From NCBI GenBank assembly GCA_027306885.1, contig DAHUYV010000012.1, positions 10,565 through 74,564 of the forward strand: 64,000 nucleotides of DNA. Direction: 5' to 3'. How positions within the stretch are numbered: the stretch's first letter is position 1; each line of letters opens with the position of its first letter. Origin of the DNA: Candidatus Dormiibacterota bacterium. Its GTDB lineage: Bacteria > Chloroflexota > Dormibacteria > Aeolococcales > Bog-877. The position numbers and the translations under genes were made by a program. Positions 61,646 through 64,000 of the stretch are shown here, one piece after another. The notes under the pieces are model-generated. The model saw only the letters and a program-made list of their open reading frames with translations, made no database searches and was not told the origin of the DNA.

Positions 61646-62814
61646 CAGCTCGCCTTCCCGAAGCGGATCGCCAGTTCGCCGCCCTCCAGACGGGCGGACC
61701 GGGTGACCTTGCCCCTCAGCACCCGTGGCAATGCGATCTCACGCTTGTATGGTCCGACGCTCACGTACAGCTCCTCCTGGTTCTGGGCCAGCTCGACCTG
61801 GTCCCGGCTCACGAAGGGCAGTTGCAGTGAGAGCACGTACTCGTCCCCCTCCTTGCGCAGGGACTGGGGCTTGGTGTGGTACATGATCGCCTCCGGCACC
61901 GCGTCCTGGTACAGGGAGCGGGCCAGCTCGGAGAGCTGGGCGACTCCCACGATCTCGTGATCGAAGAGGCGGGACTCCAGGATCGGCAGCGGGGAGAAGG
62001 TCTCCTGGACCTGGGCCCCATAGCGGACCTGGGCCTTGCGCCAGTCCGAGAAGTACTGGCCCCCGGCGTCGCCGGGGAGCACCCGGTTGACCAGCACCGC
62101 ATCCACCAGGTAGTCGTAGAGATTCAGGTAGGTGAAGGCCCGCTGCGCCTCCTTGATCACCATCTTCTCCAGGTTCAGGACGATCCGGACGGTGGTGGTC
62201 TTGGGGTCGGTGAGGATCTCCTTCATGGAGTCCAGATCGAGGAGCAGGCTGTGGATCGACCCGTAGATCTCATCCGCCGGCAGGGGGATGCCGATGAAGG
62301 GTTGGACCACCGGCCGGGTCATCTTCATCACCCTGCGCTGGATCGGGAAGATCCGGTTCAGGTACCACCGGGCCACGTCGGGGAAGGCCAGCAGCTGGAG
62401 GGTCTCGCCGGTGGGCGCGCAGTCGACGATCAAGACGTCGAAGCTCTTGGCGGCGACGTGTCGTCGGATCCACATGAGGCTGGCCACCTCCTCCATGCCC
62501 GGAGGCGTCGCCAGCTCCTCGGCGATGATGTCGTTAACCCCCTGGGAGTTGAAAAGGGCGGCCAGGTACTGGTGGATCCGCTCCCAATTGCCCTCCATCT
62601 CGTGCAGGGCGTTGATCTCCTGGGCGAATAGGTTCTCCTCCACCTGAACCGGCTCGGGTCCGAGCTCGCGGTCCAGGGAGTCGCCCAGACTGTGGGCGGC
62701 GTCGGTGGACATGACCAGGGTCCGTAGACCTCGCTCGGCGCAGAGCACGGCGGTGGCCGCCGCGATCGTGGTCTTGCCCACGCCGCCCTTGCCGGTGTAG
62801 AGGATCACCCGCAT
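61645..62814 (-). CDS. ArsA/GET3-family P-loop ATPase (single ATPase domain)
   Basis: Deviant Walker A YTGKGGVGKTT, and the Switch/A-loop context of ArsA/Get3/TRC40. Confidence 0.8.
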   Translation of the reverse strand: MRVILYTGKGGVGKTTIAAATAVLCAERGLRTLVMSTDAAHSLGDSLDRELGPEPVQVEENLFAQEINALHEMEGNWERIHQYLAALFNSQGVNDIIAEELATPPGMEEVASLMWIRRHVAAKSFDVLIVDCAPTGETLQLLAFPDVARWYLNRIFPIQRRVMKMTRPVVQPFIGIPLPADEIYGSIHSLLLDLDSMKEILTDPKTTTVRIVLNLEKMVIKEAQRAFTYLNLYDYLVDAVLVNRVLPGDAGGQYFSDWRKAQVRYGAQVQETFSPLPILESRLFDHEIVGVAQLSELARSLYQDAVPEAIMYHTKPQSLRKEGDEYVLSLQLPFVSRDQVELAQNQEELYVSVGPYKREIALPRVLRGKVTRSARLEGGELAIRFGKAS

Positions 62815-62848
62815 GTCGCGAGTATACGGGCGGGCCTTGGAGCACCCC

Positions 62849-63349
62849 TCAGTGCAGGAAGACCCACCCGAAGATCACCAGCACCAGAAGGAACGCCGAA
62901 ACCAGGACCACTCGCCTCAGGTCCAGGAGCAGGTAGGGCGTGCGGTCGATGGGCACCGCGGGGCTCTCGTCCATCGGTTCCAGGGCGGCCTCCTGCTGGC
63001 GCCGACGCTCAGCCCGGCCCGCCACCCGGTTGCGCCGGGGAAGCAGCGTCCCAGCGGCGGCCCCGCCACCGACCGGCGCCTCTTCGGCCCGGGGCTCAGC
63101 GGTGTCCGGGGCCTGACGTTGCGGGAGGAACGACCTGGAGCGGGCGGGAGGCGGGCTCTCCGGTGCCGCGGGAGGCGCCTCGTGGGCCTCGACCGTCGGG
63201 ATCTCCTCTCCGGGCAGCACCTCCGACACCTCTTCCGGAGGCGGGCTGGGCGGCGCCGGCGCCGGCGGCGTGCGTCGCTGAGTGGAGGCTGGGCCCCCCG
63301 AGGGCCTGCGGCCCGGGCCGGGGGCGCGGCGCTTGGTGCGTCTCGGCAA
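62849..63349 (-). CDS. Pro-rich, largely disordered protein with a single C-terminal TM helix (tail-anchored topology)
   Basis: TTG start with a GGAG SD; GC3 ~88%; the final 25 residues are VVLVSAFLLVLVIFGWVFLH; 34 nt upstream of the ArsA/GET3-like gene. Confidence 0.45.
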   Translation of the reverse strand: MPRRTKRRAPGPGRRPSGGPASTQRRTPPAPAPPSPPPEEVSEVLPGEEIPTVEAHEAPPAAPESPPPARSRSFLPQRQAPDTAEPRAEEAPVGGGAAAGTLLPRRNRVAGRAERRRQQEAALEPMDESPAVPIDRTPYLLLDLRRVVLVSAFLLVLVIFGWVFLH

Positions 63350-63525
63350 GGTTGGAGCTCCGATTGGTTGGTGCCGCCGGGGCTGGTTGGGGCGGCGCCA
63401 GTTTAACCAAAGGAGCGTACCGGGACCGGTGGTGCAGGCAGCGAGCGCCGGCTGGAGGGGGTCAGTTTGGCGAAGGAGGGGAACGAAGCGGTGCCAGCGC
63501 CCACTGCCTGCGTGGGCGATGCGTG

Positions 63526-63857
63526 TGGGGCCACATCTTGTGCCCGTCGCAGATTAAACCACACCATCTTGTGGAATGCAAGGGGGGTCCGGGCAGCCGG
63601 GTCCGACCCTCTCACGAAGGTCGCTCAAAGCGCCGCAGGGCCCATCGGGGGAAGAGCGGGATCGAGCCGAAACTGAGATGAACTGGCCCACCACCCGCAG
63701 ACGATGTCTCTCGGTGGCTCTGGGCTGGCACCGGCGGGGGCGCACCCGTCGTGGATCGCCCGGGCCTCCAGGTCCGGACCGTTGAGTGGGCTGACCCGGC
63801 AGCCCGAAGAATAGGTGCGGTGGCGCCCTCGACCCGCGCCATCAGCGCGTGGTCCCA
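63526..63857 (+). ncRNA. Structured ncRNA candidate with an RNase P RNA-like P4 pseudoknot signature (possible rnpB)
   Basis: GGGGGGUCCGGGCAGCC near the 5' end and CUGACCCGGCAGCC near the 3' end can form G(U)CCGGG:CCCGGC with a bulged U (P4-like); GGGGCCAC (63527-63534) pairs with GUGGUCCC (63849-63856) as a P1-like closing stem; no coding-like frame on either strand; the conserved ACAGAA and GGUAAG motifs are poorly matched. Confidence 0.3.
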
Positions 63858-64000
63858 GTCTGGGCCCAGGGGTGGTGGCGAGCCCCACCGGGGAGGCGGT
63901 TCCGCTTCAGGTGGGAGAGGATGTTGCCGACCGGATCTCGGAGGGAGCGCTTCTCGAGGCTCTGCGCACCCTCCGCCTCCCCCCGGTGGAGCAGGAGCGG

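Noticed and set aside
63765-63810. CAGGUCCGGA...GCAGCC resembling the SRP RNA domain IV motif
   Set aside because: GGUCCGGACC is self-complementary with no GNRA tetraloop, and there is no flanking helix-8 context. The P4-like pairing with the upstream GUCCGGGC is the more parsimonious reading.

Overview
This 64 kb window has about 72% GC and looks like an actinobacterial chromosomal core region (Rubrobacteria/Thermoleophilia-like). I call about 60 densely packed genes. I see no transposase, integrase, CRISPR array or tRNA gene.

Genes I recognise:
- a 5'-truncated ECF sigma factor with an overlapping anti-sigma-like membrane protein that carries a very large Ig-like/beta-propeller ectodomain
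- a biotin carboxylase plus a carboxyltransferase/biotinyl subunit (archaeal-type two-subunit pyruvate carboxylase-like)
- purD-guaA-guaB3, a class E sortase, gdh and ltaE
- a GGDEF diguanylate cyclase, infA, fahA-hmgA, and a split oligopeptide ABC locus
- two two-component systems, glycerate kinase, ilvE, ddl-murF(-like), purA, dnaB, rplI, cca, nfo, an HtrA-like protease, and IclR and HxlR regulators

About ten gene pairs on the minus strand share 4-nt GTGA/ATGA stop-start overlaps, which suggests widespread translational coupling.

Candidate non-standard modules, none of them proven:
1. A GET3/ArsA-type ATPase next to a proline-rich tail-anchored membrane protein, a small helical protein and an M50 protease.
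2. An ABC-2 exporter operon ending in a FemAB-like GNAT and a TusA-like protein.
3. A MurF-like ligase fused to a polytopic membrane N-terminus.
4. A diguanylate cyclase divergent from a 190-aa protein with an internal duplication.
5. An extremely basic Arg/Thr-repeat 'histone-like' protein followed by a perfect 15-bp hairpin.
6. A purA - anchored BNR/Ycf48-like beta-propeller - RidA coupled operon.
7. A structured intergenic region at the 3' end with an RNase P RNA-like P4 pseudoknot signature.

All functional calls rest on motif-level recognition of the translated ORFs and on sequence features visible by eye. I ran no database searches.
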